Source: Cenarchaeum sp. (GTDB taxonomy: Archaea > Thermoproteota > Nitrososphaeria > Nitrososphaerales > Nitrosopumilaceae). Taken from it: 64,000 nucleotides of DNA. The stretch spans positions 992,001 through 1,056,000 of the forward strand of contig OY843584.1 of assembly GCA_963692915.1 (NCBI GenBank), written 5' to 3'. Both the position numbers and the translations under genes were made by a program. The notes under the pieces were generated by a model, which made no database searches, was not told where the DNA came from, and was given only the letters and a program-made list of their open reading frames with translations. The first letter of the stretch is position 1, and the number at the start of each line of letters is the position of its first letter. Positions 8,976 through 19,005 of this stretch are shown here, in pieces.

Positions 8976-9983
8976 GTCAGTGCAGTTTAGCTCATGCGCA
9001 GTGGTGAGTATTAGCTCGAGCACGTCACCGACCCTGTCTAGCACGGCCATTGCGAGTCGAAGCACTGCGCGATCATCAGACCCCTTGGTGTACCGGCGAA
9101 TATAGTCACGCGTGAATGCCCTAGTGGATCCCGTGCCATACATCTCAGACAGTACACATGAGGAGAGCTGTGCCACTGCCTCCTGTATTGGATCCTGGCA
9201 AGCCTTTAGCCGTTTGCCAGAACGCGCTAGCACCATATTGTCAGCTGCGTGGCTTATCTCGTGAAAGAACACCCCGGGGTCTTCGGTTCCCAGGCGTATG
9301 ACATGCAAGTTTGTGTCATAGCTTCCCATGGTCGTTTCACTGGGATCCACCTGGTAGCGTATGGGAATTCCCCATTTTTGTGCCACATTGGAGAGTGGTG
9401 GTGCCTGTGCGGGCATGTACTCGGGCAATGATGCGCCCACCGTGTCCTCCACTCGAAACTCCGGCTGGCAGCCAAACCCCCGAAGGGTGCGAGTCACGCG
9501 GGATTCTGGTTCGCGCCCAATCGCGCCCGGTGAAAGGGAGAGGCCGCATGCGTTGCAAACAAACTCGCGTGCGGCCTTTTTGTACCAAAGGCGCACCTTG
9601 CGCGTCGTCTTGTCAGAACATTTTTTGCACGAGTACAAATATAGCGGCTTTATGATATAGATCGCCGATCTGCGCGCAATGATCTTTCGGTCTACACGGT
9701 TCCACTGGGAAATGTTGCGCGCGTCAAACGTTCCCTGTCCCACCATAAGAACACGGTTCTTGAGTGACCATTTCATGCACGGACGATCGTCCTTCGGATC
9801 CCCGATAAAGCTGATTTTGCTGATCGTCTCCGTTATTTTGCCGCTCTTGAACTCATCGACGATCCTTTGGAGGATAAGGTCAGCGCGTTCGGTGTTGCCC
9901 GAGCGCCGTCCACCTGCGCGCGCACTGTTGCGCCGTGCGCCCTTTGCTCCCCTTGCCCCACCAGCGATCCCGCTCACGCCCAA
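8697..9983 (-). CDS. ArdC-like ssDNA-binding/antirestriction protein with zincin HExxH domain and inserted zinc ribbon
   Basis: WSLKNRVLM..Q...AR..SQW..VDR...AIYIIKP matches the ArdC N-domain pattern; CKKC...CNAC; HEISH...QEAVAQ. Confidence 0.7.
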   Translation of the reverse strand: MGVSGIAGGARGAKGARRNSARAGGRRSGNTERADLILQRIVDEFKSGKITETISKISFIGDPKDDRPCMKWSLKNRVLMVGQGTFDARNISQWNRVDRKIIARRSAIYIIKPLYLYSCKKCSDKTTRKVRLWYKKAAREFVCNACGLSLSPGAIGREPESRVTRTLRGFGCQPEFRVEDTVGASLPEYMPAQAPPLSNVAQKWGIPIRYQVDPSETTMGSYDTNLHVIRLGTEDPGVFFHEISHAADNMVLARSGKRLKACQDPIQEAVAQLSSCVLSEMYGTGSTRAFTRDYIRRYTKGSDDRAVLRLAMAVLDRVGDVLELILTTAHELNCTDSNGDNGKRGDGDCADKIRNHERYCGDHVHGLRANVGIIEGAGQEHEPPAPAPSRLGRKAKPLAAPSPVHHKKRCGLADRRLVHTRKHAAGSR

Positions 9984-10155
9984 AGAGGGGCAATTTTTGA
10001 TTTAAGGAGGCACATGCCCTGCAGGTCAGGCCGCCATGCAGTGGCAGTGCCGGCCATGAACACGGTCACGGGGCCGGCATGGCCAAACTGCACCGGCCAT
10101 AGTCGCGCTCACGTGCGATCAGTTTTATAATTCCCAAATTGGTGTCGGCTTCACC

Positions 10156-11187
10156 ATGAAAAAGGGGTCCATTGCAAAAAGGCTGTGGTCGGGGAGAAGG
10201 CGCTCCAAGGAGGATCACGCGTCTGATGAGCGCAAAGTCGAGGAGATCAACGGCAAGAATTTTGTGTGGATTGACCTCCAGAATCCGGACAGGGAGAACG
10301 TCGAAAAGCTTGCCTCAAAGTACAAATTTAACACGCTAAACGTGGAGGACTGCCTGACAAAGTTTGAGCTTCCCAAGCTCGATGCGTATAATGACCACAT
10401 GTTCCTGATATTGCACTTTCCCCCGCTTGTGGCCAGGCAGGCAATTCCAAAGCACAACCAGCTCTCGATATTTGTGGGAAAGGACTTTCTCATAACTGTC
10501 CACCAGGGAAACCTAAAGCCGCTCGTTGACCTAGTCAAGACGTGCAAGACCGGAATTGATCCTGAAAGGCGAGATCGACTCATGTCAAGCTCCACTGCGG
10601 TCTTGCTCCACGAGATAATTGACGTGCTAGTTGATGACCTGCTCCATACGCTCAGGCGCGTCATGGCAAATCTTGATGACATTGAGGATGATGTCTTTGA
10701 TGAGAGCAAGTCTGTCGCAAAGAACATCCACGTGTTGAGGCGCGAGATCACCGTGCTGCGCAGGATAGCCAGCCCACTAAAGCGCATAGTGCTCGGCGCG
10801 GCCAAGAACATAGCGAGCTATTCGCCAGAGGAGGATCTGACGCTATACTTTGATGACGTGATCGACCACATAGACAAGGCCATAGACACGCTAGAGGAGT
10901 CAAAGGAGACCATGGAGATATACAAGGACACAGACTTTGTGCTAAGCACCGAAAAGGCCAGCAAGGTTCTAGCAGTCCTGACGATCATATTCACGCTCGC
11001 AATACCGGCCACGGTGATAGGAACCTTTTACGGCATGAACGTTAGCCTTCCCGGAGGCATTGGCGATGCGGGCGGAACGGCCGCTGATGGATCATACAAC
11101 ACGTTCTTTGTCGTCATTCTAGCATCCATAGTGCCTGCAGGGATTATGTACCTTTATTTTAGAAAGCTCGGATGGATGAGCGGCTAG
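10156..11187 (+). CDS. corA: CorA Mg2+/Co2+ transporter
   Basis: YGMN signature after TM1, two C-terminal TMs, N-terminal WIDLQNP. Confidence 0.93.
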   Translation: MKKGSIAKRLWSGRRRSKEDHASDERKVEEINGKNFVWIDLQNPDRENVEKLASKYKFNTLNVEDCLTKFELPKLDAYNDHMFLILHFPPLVARQAIPKHNQLSIFVGKDFLITVHQGNLKPLVDLVKTCKTGIDPERRDRLMSSSTAVLLHEIIDVLVDDLLHTLRRVMANLDDIEDDVFDESKSVAKNIHVLRREITVLRRIASPLKRIVLGAAKNIASYSPEEDLTLYFDDVIDHIDKAIDTLEESKETMEIYKDTDFVLSTEKASKVLAVLTIIFTLAIPATVIGTFYGMNVSLPGGIGDAGGTAADGSYNTFFVVILASIVPAGIMYLYFRKLGWMSG

Positions 11188-13970
11188 GGGTCAGGGCAGC
11201 CGTCCAAATCAGAGACGCCATCACGATCTTCAGGCACAGTCGGGCACATGTCAGCCGTGTCTGGTATGCCATCAGAGTCGGTGTCTAGGGAGTGCCTAGA
11301 CTGCTCTGGAGTGGTGTCTGGACATCCGTCATGGTCACGGTACTTGTTCCACGTTTCAGGCGCAGCAGGGCAGAGATCCACGATATCGGCAATGTTGTCA
11401 TTGTCAATGTCCGATCTTGTTGGCTCAAGCGGCCCGTCGGGAATCTCATCAGGGCAGCCGTCAGTGTCAAGATAGTCGTTGAACGTCTCGGGGGTAAGGA
11501 TGCACTGGTCGAGCCTGTTGTCGATCCCGTCACCATCAGTGTCGGGGTACGAGTAGACCGTTCGCTCCTCAACTACTGTGTCAGGGCAGCCGTCGCTGTC
11601 TTCAAACCTGTTGTATGTCTCGGGATCTAGGACGCACTCATCGGCCGCATCAGGCACGCCGTCAGAGTCTGAGTCAAGCTGCGGAGCCACATCATCGGGG
11701 CAGCCGTCACCGTCGTCTACGCCGTTGACAGTCTCACGCGCCGTAGGGCACACGTCAATTATGTCAATTATGCCATCACCATCAGTGTCTGGTATCGAAG
11801 TCCCGCTGAGAACCACATCGGGGCAGCCGTCCTCGTCTTCATGCATGTTGTACGTCTCAAACTGGTCCGGGCACCTGTCAACCGTGTCAGGTATGCCATC
11901 AGAGTCAGAGTCGAGAATTGCGGCAGTAGAGCGGGCAGTGATGTCAGGGCAGCCGTCTTCGTCATAAAACCCGTTGTATCGCTCGCTGGCAGTGGGGCAC
12001 CTGTCCTCGTGGTCAGGTATTCCGTCATTGTCAGTGTCAAGCACCGGCAGGGTGCGCTCAAGCGTCGTGTCTGGGCAGCCGTCCCAGTCAAGGTACCCGT
12101 TGGTCGTCTCGAGCTCGTCAGGACACTGGTCACGCATGTCAGGAACTCCATCCCCGTCAAGGTCAGACGGCACATATGCAGGAATCTGCGCGATTGAGCT
12201 GTCATCCGGGCAGCCGTCGGTGTCATCTACTGCGTTGTATGTCTCAAATTCTGTGGGACACTCATCAGACACGTCATTGATCCCGTCGCCGTCCGTGTCC
12301 GCAGAGATCGCATCAGAGTCTGGGCAGCCGTCAGTGTCGCTTATGCCGTTTACCGTCTCGGCCCTGGTGGGGCACGAGTCCATCGCGTCAAGTATCCCAT
12401 CACCGTCAGTGTCAGGTGCGACAAACTCAATGTCCACGCCGTCAGGGCAGCCGTCACCATCGTTTATCCGATTGAACGTCTCGCGCTCCTCAGGACACTC
12501 ATCAACGTGATCGAGGATGCCGTCAAAGTCCGAGTCTCCGCTGTGCGCAACCTGCGGAATGTCAGGGCAGCCGTCGCTGTCCATAAACCCGTTGTAGCGC
12601 TCCCCAACACCGGGGCACATGTCATATTCGTCAGGCACGCCATCATAATCCGAGTCAGGCGCCGTGCTTTGCGTGTCGTATCCTTCCGTGTCAGGGCAGC
12701 CGTCCCAGTCGAGGTAGTTGTTACGGTTCTCGGCCTCGTTTGGGCACTGGTCCCACCTGTCGTCTATGCCGTCAGAGTCCGAGTCTGGAAACTCAAACGC
12801 GACCGTTGACGTCACGACAGCATCAGGGCAGCCGTCGGCATCCTCAAACTTGTTGTAGGTCTCTGGTTGTGTCGGGCACAGGTCATTGGGGTCAATGATC
12901 CCATCGGCGTCACGATCGCCGGCCACGCGATCCATGTCAGGGCAGCCGTCAGTGTCCATGTACCCGTTTATTGTCTCTGGCGTTATCGGACACACGTCAA
13001 CAATGTCAAATATCCCGTCACCGTCAGAGTCTGGGGTGACCGAGCCTACTGCCACTGTGTCAGGACACCCGTCATCGTCATCAACCATGTTGTAAACCTC
13101 ACGGCTTAGTGGGCATAGATCTACATTGTCCGCAACGCCGTCACGGTCAATGTCTCCAGTGAGCTCGACGGCGACCTCGTCTGGACACCCGTCAGAGTCC
13201 AAGTGCTTGTTAAAGATCTCGCGCTCCTGTGGACAGTGATCCTCCGTGTCCGGAATGCTGTCATAGTCGCTGTCGATGGCGCCTCGTGCCGTGACGCCGG
13301 GTCTGTCAATGCAGCCGTCCCAGTCAAGGTAGTCGTTGCGGTTCTCGGCCTCGTTTGGGCACTGGTCCCACCTGTCGTCTATGCCGTCGCCGTCGGTGTC
13401 CGGAAACTCGTACACTGTGCGCTCGATTTCGACATCATCGGGGCAGCCGTCGGCGTCCATGAACCGGTTGTACGTCTCCTGCTCAAAGGGGCACAAGTCG
13501 ACGCTGTCGGGAACTGCGTCCTCATCGTTGTCGGTGATCGGGATATAGTCATCAGGGCAACCGTCGCGATCGAGAACGCCGTTGGGCGTCTCGGGCTCAT
13601 CAGGGCACGAGTCGAGGCCGTCAATAAACCCGTCACCATCCGAGTCCTCAAGGAAGGCGCGATTCTCCGCCACTACCACATCAGGGCAGCCATCCTCGTC
13701 GAGGTGCTTATTGTAGCTCTCCTTGACAGTTGGGCAGAGATCGAAGCGATCCTCAATTCCGTCATTGTCCGTGTCATACCACGGAACAAAGTCCGACGGG
13801 CAGCCGTCGATCTCCCCCACATGGTCCTCGAGAACGTAAGGGCACTCGTCGATCGAGTTGGGGACGCCATCAGAGTCGATATCGATGTCAGTAGTCTGTC
13901 CTAGCGCGCCGGCGGGCAACGACATTAGCAGCGTCGCGGCCATGGCCATAATTGCCCAATACCTGCCCAT
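11184..13970 (-). CDS. Secreted thrombospondin type 3 (Ca-binding) repeat protein 1
   Basis: Signal peptide MGRYWAIMAMAATLL; many DxDxDGxxDxxDxCP...DGCPD repeats; start placed at ATG 13970 by alignment with the paralog and its promoter. Confidence 0.88.
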   Translation of the reverse strand: MGRYWAIMAMAATLLMSLPAGALGQTTDIDIDSDGVPNSIDECPYVLEDHVGEIDGCPSDFVPWYDTDNDGIEDRFDLCPTVKESYNKHLDEDGCPDVVVAENRAFLEDSDGDGFIDGLDSCPDEPETPNGVLDRDGCPDDYIPITDNDEDAVPDSVDLCPFEQETYNRFMDADGCPDDVEIERTVYEFPDTDGDGIDDRWDQCPNEAENRNDYLDWDGCIDRPGVTARGAIDSDYDSIPDTEDHCPQEREIFNKHLDSDGCPDEVAVELTGDIDRDGVADNVDLCPLSREVYNMVDDDDGCPDTVAVGSVTPDSDGDGIFDIVDVCPITPETINGYMDTDGCPDMDRVAGDRDADGIIDPNDLCPTQPETYNKFEDADGCPDAVVTSTVAFEFPDSDSDGIDDRWDQCPNEAENRNNYLDWDGCPDTEGYDTQSTAPDSDYDGVPDEYDMCPGVGERYNGFMDSDGCPDIPQVAHSGDSDFDGILDHVDECPEERETFNRINDGDGCPDGVDIEFVAPDTDGDGILDAMDSCPTRAETVNGISDTDGCPDSDAISADTDGDGINDVSDECPTEFETYNAVDDTDGCPDDSSIAQIPAYVPSDLDGDGVPDMRDQCPDELETTNGYLDWDGCPDTTLERTLPVLDTDNDGIPDHEDRCPTASERYNGFYDEDGCPDITARSTAAILDSDSDGIPDTVDRCPDQFETYNMHEDEDGCPDVVLSGTSIPDTDGDGIIDIIDVCPTARETVNGVDDGDGCPDDVAPQLDSDSDGVPDAADECVLDPETYNRFEDSDGCPDTVVEERTVYSYPDTDGDGIDNRLDQCILTPETFNDYLDTDGCPDEIPDGPLEPTRSDIDNDNIADIVDLCPAAPETWNKYRDHDGCPDTTPEQSRHSLDTDSDGIPDTADMCPTVPEDRDGVSDLDGCPDP

Positions 13971-13989
13971 TATCAACGATCTGCGCATG

Positions 13990-14012
13990 TGCGTCTTTAT
14001 TAAACTTCGCGG
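13990..14012 (-). promoter_or_regulatory. Promoter (GTTTAATAAAG) of TSP3 gene 1
   Basis: 22/23 identical to 15866-15888 and at the same distance from the ATG. Confidence 0.65.
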
Positions 14013-14088
14013 CAAGGCCACGAGAACCGCAAGAGTCACATGCGGCATGAGAGCGCCGGGGCTAGTGACACGGGATTGCATTACGAAG

Positions 14089-15846
14089 CTACCCTACCGG
14101 AAACGAGTCTGGGCACCCGTCCATGTCGTCAAACTTGTTCCATGTCTCGGGCTCATCTGGGCACTCGTCGTGGGCATCACGCAGGCCGTCATTGTCGGTG
14201 TCAGTATGAGCGGGCGAGAGTGTGAGCTCGTCAGGGCAGCCGTCATAATCCATGTATCCATTGCGCGTCTCATCAAGGTCAGGACACACATCAGACGCGT
14301 CGGGCACGCCGTCAAAGTCCGTATCTAGTGGCGGCCGCACGTCTGGGCAGCCGTCAGTGTCAAGGTACTCATTGTATGTCTCGGCGTTCAGCGAGCACTT
14401 GTCAGATATGTCCGGTATGCCATCACCGTCGGCATCGTTGACTTCCGTTGTGGGCGCCGCGTCTGGGCAGCCGTCAGTGTCATCGACCATGTTGAACGTC
14501 TCGATTTGCGAGGGACACTCGTCTACCGAGTCTGGAATGCCATCACCATCGCCATCAGTGACTGATTTCCTGTCTGGGCAGCCGTCAGTGTCGAGTATGC
14601 CATTGAGCGTTTCGGGAACTGACGGGCACAAGTCGAGGCGGTCAGGCAGCCCGTCGCCGTCTGAGTCAGGGTTTTGGTCACGCGAGTCGGCCACAAAGTC
14701 AGGGCAGCCGTCGGAGTCCTCGAACCTGTTGTATGTCTCCGGATCTAGCGGACACTCGTCATCGGTGTCAAGCACACCGTCAGTGTCTGCGTCTCCCACA
14801 ATGGGATCCGAGTCAGGGCAGCCGTCAGTGTCGAGTACGCCGTTTATCGTCTCTGGCGTTATGGGACACGTGTCAACTGCGTCAAATATGCCATCACCAT
14901 CAGAGTCTGGCGTGTCTAGTCCATATTGCGCCACGTCAGGACACCCATCGGTGTCATCGACCATGTTGTAGACTTCGGGAAGCAGAACGCACAGGTCCAT
15001 GCTGTCCAGTATTCCATCAAGATCAGTGTCGGCGATGGTGGAGAGCGTCAACGTGTCAGGGCAGCCGTCAGTGTCAAGATAGCGGTTAAAGTTCTCACGT
15101 TCCTGCGGACAGACATCCTCCGTGTCCGGAATGCTGTCATAGTCGCTGTCGATGGCGCCTCGTGACGTGACGCCGGGCATGTCAGGGCAGCCGTCCCAGT
15201 CAAGGTAGTCGTTGCGGTTCTCGGCCTCGCCGGGGCACTGGTCCCACCTGTCGTCTATGCCGTCGCCGTCGGTGTCCGGAAACTCGTACATTGTGCGCTC
15301 GTCTTTGACATCATCGGGGCAGCCGTCGGCGTCCATGAACCGGTTGTACGTCTCCTGCTCAAAGGGGCACAAGTCGACGCTGTCGGGAACCCCGTCCTCA
15401 TCGTTGTCGGTGATCGGGACATAGTCATCAGGGCAGCCGTCGAGATCGAGCATGCCATTAAAGGTCTCAGGCGACGTAGGACACACGTCGAGTATGTCAA
15501 TTATCCCGTCGCCGTCGGTGTCGACTGTCATCGAGTTGCCAGTGCCCGCAACGGTGTCGGGGCAGCCGTCCTCGTCCATGTACCTGTTATAGTTCTCCTT
15601 GACTGTGGGGCAGCGGTCAAGCCTGTCCTCCACGCCATCGCTGTCCGAGTCATACCACTGGACAAAGTCCGATGGGCAGCCATCGATCTCCCCCTCAAAG
15701 TCCTCTCGCACGTGCGGGCACGCGTCCATCGCGTTGGGCACGCCATCAGAGTCGATGTCAGCATCACCATATTGCGCAAGGGCACCGACCGGAGTGGCGA
15801 CTAGTAGAGTCGAGGCCATTACCATGAGCGCCCAATGACTGCGCAT
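14089..15846 (-). CDS. Secreted thrombospondin type 3 repeat protein 2
   Basis: Signal peptide MRSHWALMVMASTLL; same repeat units. Confidence 0.9.
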   Translation of the reverse strand: MRSHWALMVMASTLLVATPVGALAQYGDADIDSDGVPNAMDACPHVREDFEGEIDGCPSDFVQWYDSDSDGVEDRLDRCPTVKENYNRYMDEDGCPDTVAGTGNSMTVDTDGDGIIDILDVCPTSPETFNGMLDLDGCPDDYVPITDNDEDGVPDSVDLCPFEQETYNRFMDADGCPDDVKDERTMYEFPDTDGDGIDDRWDQCPGEAENRNDYLDWDGCPDMPGVTSRGAIDSDYDSIPDTEDVCPQERENFNRYLDTDGCPDTLTLSTIADTDLDGILDSMDLCVLLPEVYNMVDDTDGCPDVAQYGLDTPDSDGDGIFDAVDTCPITPETINGVLDTDGCPDSDPIVGDADTDGVLDTDDECPLDPETYNRFEDSDGCPDFVADSRDQNPDSDGDGLPDRLDLCPSVPETLNGILDTDGCPDRKSVTDGDGDGIPDSVDECPSQIETFNMVDDTDGCPDAAPTTEVNDADGDGIPDISDKCSLNAETYNEYLDTDGCPDVRPPLDTDFDGVPDASDVCPDLDETRNGYMDYDGCPDELTLSPAHTDTDNDGLRDAHDECPDEPETWNKFDDMDGCPDSFPVG

Positions 15847-15865
15847 TACTGCCGATCACGCACTA

Positions 15866-15888
15866 TGCGTCTTTATTAAACTACGCGG
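15866..15888 (-). promoter_or_regulatory. Promoter (GTTTAATAAAG) of TSP3 gene 2
   Basis: Matches 13990-14012; a shorter core AGTTTAATAA also lies at 18920-18929 before gene 3. Confidence 0.65.
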
Positions 15889-15955
15889 TGGATCCTAGAT
15901 TGACACGCCGCAGAGATCACGTCCATCATGTGATCGCAGCTTTTGCGCCAGGGTC

Positions 15956-18895
15956 CTATTGACCCGGCAGCGTGTCAGGACAGCCGTCGGCGTCCATGTA
16001 CCTGTTGACCGTCTCGGCCTCAGTCGGGCACGAGTCGACGCTGTCAGGCACGCCGTCGCGATCAGAGTCCGGCGGTCCTGGCGCGTCGGGGCAGCCGTCC
16101 TGGTCACGATCCCCGTCATAGTCTTCGGCATCAGTCGGGCACGAGTCCCGTGCGTCGACGATGCCATCAGAGTCGGTGTCCACAGTGGGTGGGCCGGCCT
16201 GCTCGATGCCGTCGGGGCAGCCGTCCTGGTCTCGTATGAGGTTGAACGTCTCCTCCTGCAGTGGGCACAGGTCGCGTGAGTTCGGTATGCCGTCACCGTC
16301 GGTGTCATCAACCGTAGAGCGCTCATCAGGGCAGCCGTCCTGGTCGTTGATTCCGTTAAACGTCTCAGGCTGCGTTGGGCACCTGTCGACCGAATCAGGC
16401 ACGCCGTCGTCATCCGAGTCCGCAACCCTTCTCTCGTCTAGTACAGAGTCCGGGCAGCCGTCATCGTCCTCAAACCCGTTGTAGCGTTCAGGCTGGAATG
16501 GGCACGTGTCGACGGTGTCCGGAATCCTGTCAAAGTCAGTGTCCTTGGAGGTGATCGACTCGACCGTATCTGGGCAGCCGTCATCGTCCTGGAAGTTGTT
16601 AAAGAGCTCGCGAATGTCAGGGCACTCGTCTATGATGTCCGGTATGCCATCATAGTCGGCATCGTACGTCTTGCGCTCATCAGGGCAGCCGTCAGAGTCA
16701 AGGTAGCGGTTCCACGTCTCGGCCTCGTTGGGACACATGTCGAGCTCGTCGGGCACACCGTCAGAGTCAGAGTCCGGCGCGGGTATCGTGTCGGGGCAGC
16801 CGTCATCGTCCTCATATCCGTTGGTCGTCTCGGCCTCAAGCGGGCACGTGTCTACAAGGTCGTTAAAGCCATCGCCGTCGGCGTCATTGACGCCGCCAAT
16901 GACCACTTCCTCAGGGCACCCATCGGTGTCATTCACAAGGTTGAACGTCTCAGGCTCGTCTGGACACTCGTCAAGCGCGTTGGGCACACCGTCACCGTCT
17001 GTGTCACCCGTGACTCCTCTGTCAGGGCAGCCGTCGTTGTCCATGTAGCCGTTGCGCGTCTCCGGAATTGACGGGCAGAGATCCAGGCGGTCAGGCAGCC
17101 CGTCACCATCCGAGTCTGGGTTTTGGCTTCGCGAGTTGGCCACAAAGTCAGGGCAGCCGTCGGCGTCCTCAAACTGGTTGTACGTCTCGGCCACGCCGGG
17201 GCAAATGTCAGCCGAGTTTGGTATTCCATCGTTGTCAATGTCAATGATTGGGCTGGAGGCCGGAAGCTCGTCGGGGCAGCCATCAGAGTCAATATACCCG
17301 TTTATGGTCTCGGCCTCTTCGGGGCAGAGATCCATGCGGTCAGACAGGCCGTCAGAGTCAGTATCAAATATGGTGATTGCGTCCGGGCAGCCATCAAGGA
17401 CACCGCCTATTCCGTATGTCTCGGCCTGGTCTGGACACGCGTCCATTGCGTCATGTATGCCATCAGAATCCTCATCTGCAAACGGCACGGCATCAGGGCA
17501 GCCGTCAGTGTCCTCAAACCCGTTGAGCGTCTCGGCGGCTAGCGCGCAGCTGTCAGCAATGTCCGGAATTCCATCATTGTCGGCATCGCGTGGGGACATG
17601 ACGGGAACCGCGTCAGGGCAGCCGTCATCGTCATCGATGAGGTTGTATGTCTCAAACTCCGATGGGCATGCATCGACGCTATCCTCTATACCGTCGCCGT
17701 CGGTGTCCAGCTTGAACGTGCTTTTCTTGTCAGGGCACCCGTCAAGCGATCCTCCAGTGGCAGTCTCGGCTTGGTTTGGGCACAGGTCCAAAAAGTCTGC
17801 AATTCCGTCACCATCAGAGTCATGAACAGTGCTCTGCGTCCCGATAAAGTCGGGGCACCCATCATCGTCCATGTGTCTGTTGTACGTCTCGGGTGAGCTG
17901 ACGCACTCGTCATTAGAATCAAGTATCCCGTCAGAGTCTCTGTCGGCGTCAGTTACGTAGGGAGGTATGTCAGGACATCCGTCAGCGTCCTCAAACCCGT
18001 TGTAGCGCTCAGGCTCGTCGGGACACAAGTCCACGTCATCTGCTATGCGATCACCATCAGAGTCTACGCCTATGCGTGAGGATGTTGCGGGTCGCACGTC
18101 AGGACAACCGTCAGAGTCAAGAAATCGGTTGTATGTCTCGGCGTCATCTGGGCATGCGTCGATCTCGTCATGCACGCCGTCACCGTCACCGTCAGGAAGC
18201 GCGTCGGCCTGTGAATCCGGGCACCCGTCGGAGTCCATGAACCCATTGCGCGTCTCGGCTGCAAGTATACACTGGTCATTCACATCGAGAATGCCGTCAC
18301 CGTCAGAGTCTGGAGCCGACGTCGTTACAAACGCGCCGGTGTTCTCGGGGCACCCGTCGGCGTCATCAATCCTGTTGAACGTCTCCTCGGCTAGCGGACA
18401 CTCATCAAGCGAATTGGGTATGCCATCTCCATCAGTGTCATGGTCGCGCTCTGGATCGTCTGGACAACCGTCTGTGTCCATGTACCCGTTGAGCGTCTCG
18501 GGACGCGTTGGGCACGTGTCGATCCCGTCAGGGATGCCATCATTGTCAGAGTCCGCCGGCGTCGTAGGTCCGGCATTGTCGCTAGCGCTGTCAGGGCATC
18601 CGTCAGAGTCGTCTATCCCGTTGTAGACCTCTACGGAGAGTGGGCACTCGTCATCGACATCTGCTATCCCGTCCCGATCCCTGTCATGCCACTGAACCCT
18701 CGTGGACGGACACCCGTCATCGGCGTCACCACGATGATCCTCGGGCAGGTTGGGGCACATGTCTGACGCGTCTGGCACGCCGTCACGGTCAAGATCTGAT
18801 GCGACCTGTGCGTGCGCTGGGAGGTAGGCCGGCGCGCTAGCCATCACGGATAGCAGCAGGATCACGATGCCTAGCCTACGGCGCACTACTGACAT
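15956..18895 (-). CDS. Secreted thrombospondin type 3 repeat protein 3
   Basis: Signal peptide MSVVRRRLGIVILLL...AHA; same repeat units. Confidence 0.9.
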   Translation of the reverse strand: MSVVRRRLGIVILLLSVMASAPAYLPAHAQVASDLDRDGVPDASDMCPNLPEDHRGDADDGCPSTRVQWHDRDRDGIADVDDECPLSVEVYNGIDDSDGCPDSASDNAGPTTPADSDNDGIPDGIDTCPTRPETLNGYMDTDGCPDDPERDHDTDGDGIPNSLDECPLAEETFNRIDDADGCPENTGAFVTTSAPDSDGDGILDVNDQCILAAETRNGFMDSDGCPDSQADALPDGDGDGVHDEIDACPDDAETYNRFLDSDGCPDVRPATSSRIGVDSDGDRIADDVDLCPDEPERYNGFEDADGCPDIPPYVTDADRDSDGILDSNDECVSSPETYNRHMDDDGCPDFIGTQSTVHDSDGDGIADFLDLCPNQAETATGGSLDGCPDKKSTFKLDTDGDGIEDSVDACPSEFETYNLIDDDDGCPDAVPVMSPRDADNDGIPDIADSCALAAETLNGFEDTDGCPDAVPFADEDSDGIHDAMDACPDQAETYGIGGVLDGCPDAITIFDTDSDGLSDRMDLCPEEAETINGYIDSDGCPDELPASSPIIDIDNDGIPNSADICPGVAETYNQFEDADGCPDFVANSRSQNPDSDGDGLPDRLDLCPSIPETRNGYMDNDGCPDRGVTGDTDGDGVPNALDECPDEPETFNLVNDTDGCPEEVVIGGVNDADGDGFNDLVDTCPLEAETTNGYEDDDGCPDTIPAPDSDSDGVPDELDMCPNEAETWNRYLDSDGCPDERKTYDADYDGIPDIIDECPDIRELFNNFQDDDGCPDTVESITSKDTDFDRIPDTVDTCPFQPERYNGFEDDDGCPDSVLDERRVADSDDDGVPDSVDRCPTQPETFNGINDQDGCPDERSTVDDTDGDGIPNSRDLCPLQEETFNLIRDQDGCPDGIEQAGPPTVDTDSDGIVDARDSCPTDAEDYDGDRDQDGCPDAPGPPDSDRDGVPDSVDSCPTEAETVNRYMDADGCPDTLPGQ

Positions 18896-19005
18896 GCAAG
18901 AAGCGGGTCGGCAATTGGGTTATTAAACTTAATACCGAATTCAGGCGTGGGATCGGCCATGTGGCACGATAGGTTAAATTGAAGCGGCACGACCATGGCG
19001 AACCC

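Noticed and set aside
11184-18895. Regularly spaced tcagggcagccgtc motif resembling CRISPR repeats
   Set aside because: It is the reverse complement of the DGCPD codons of the thrombospondin repeats
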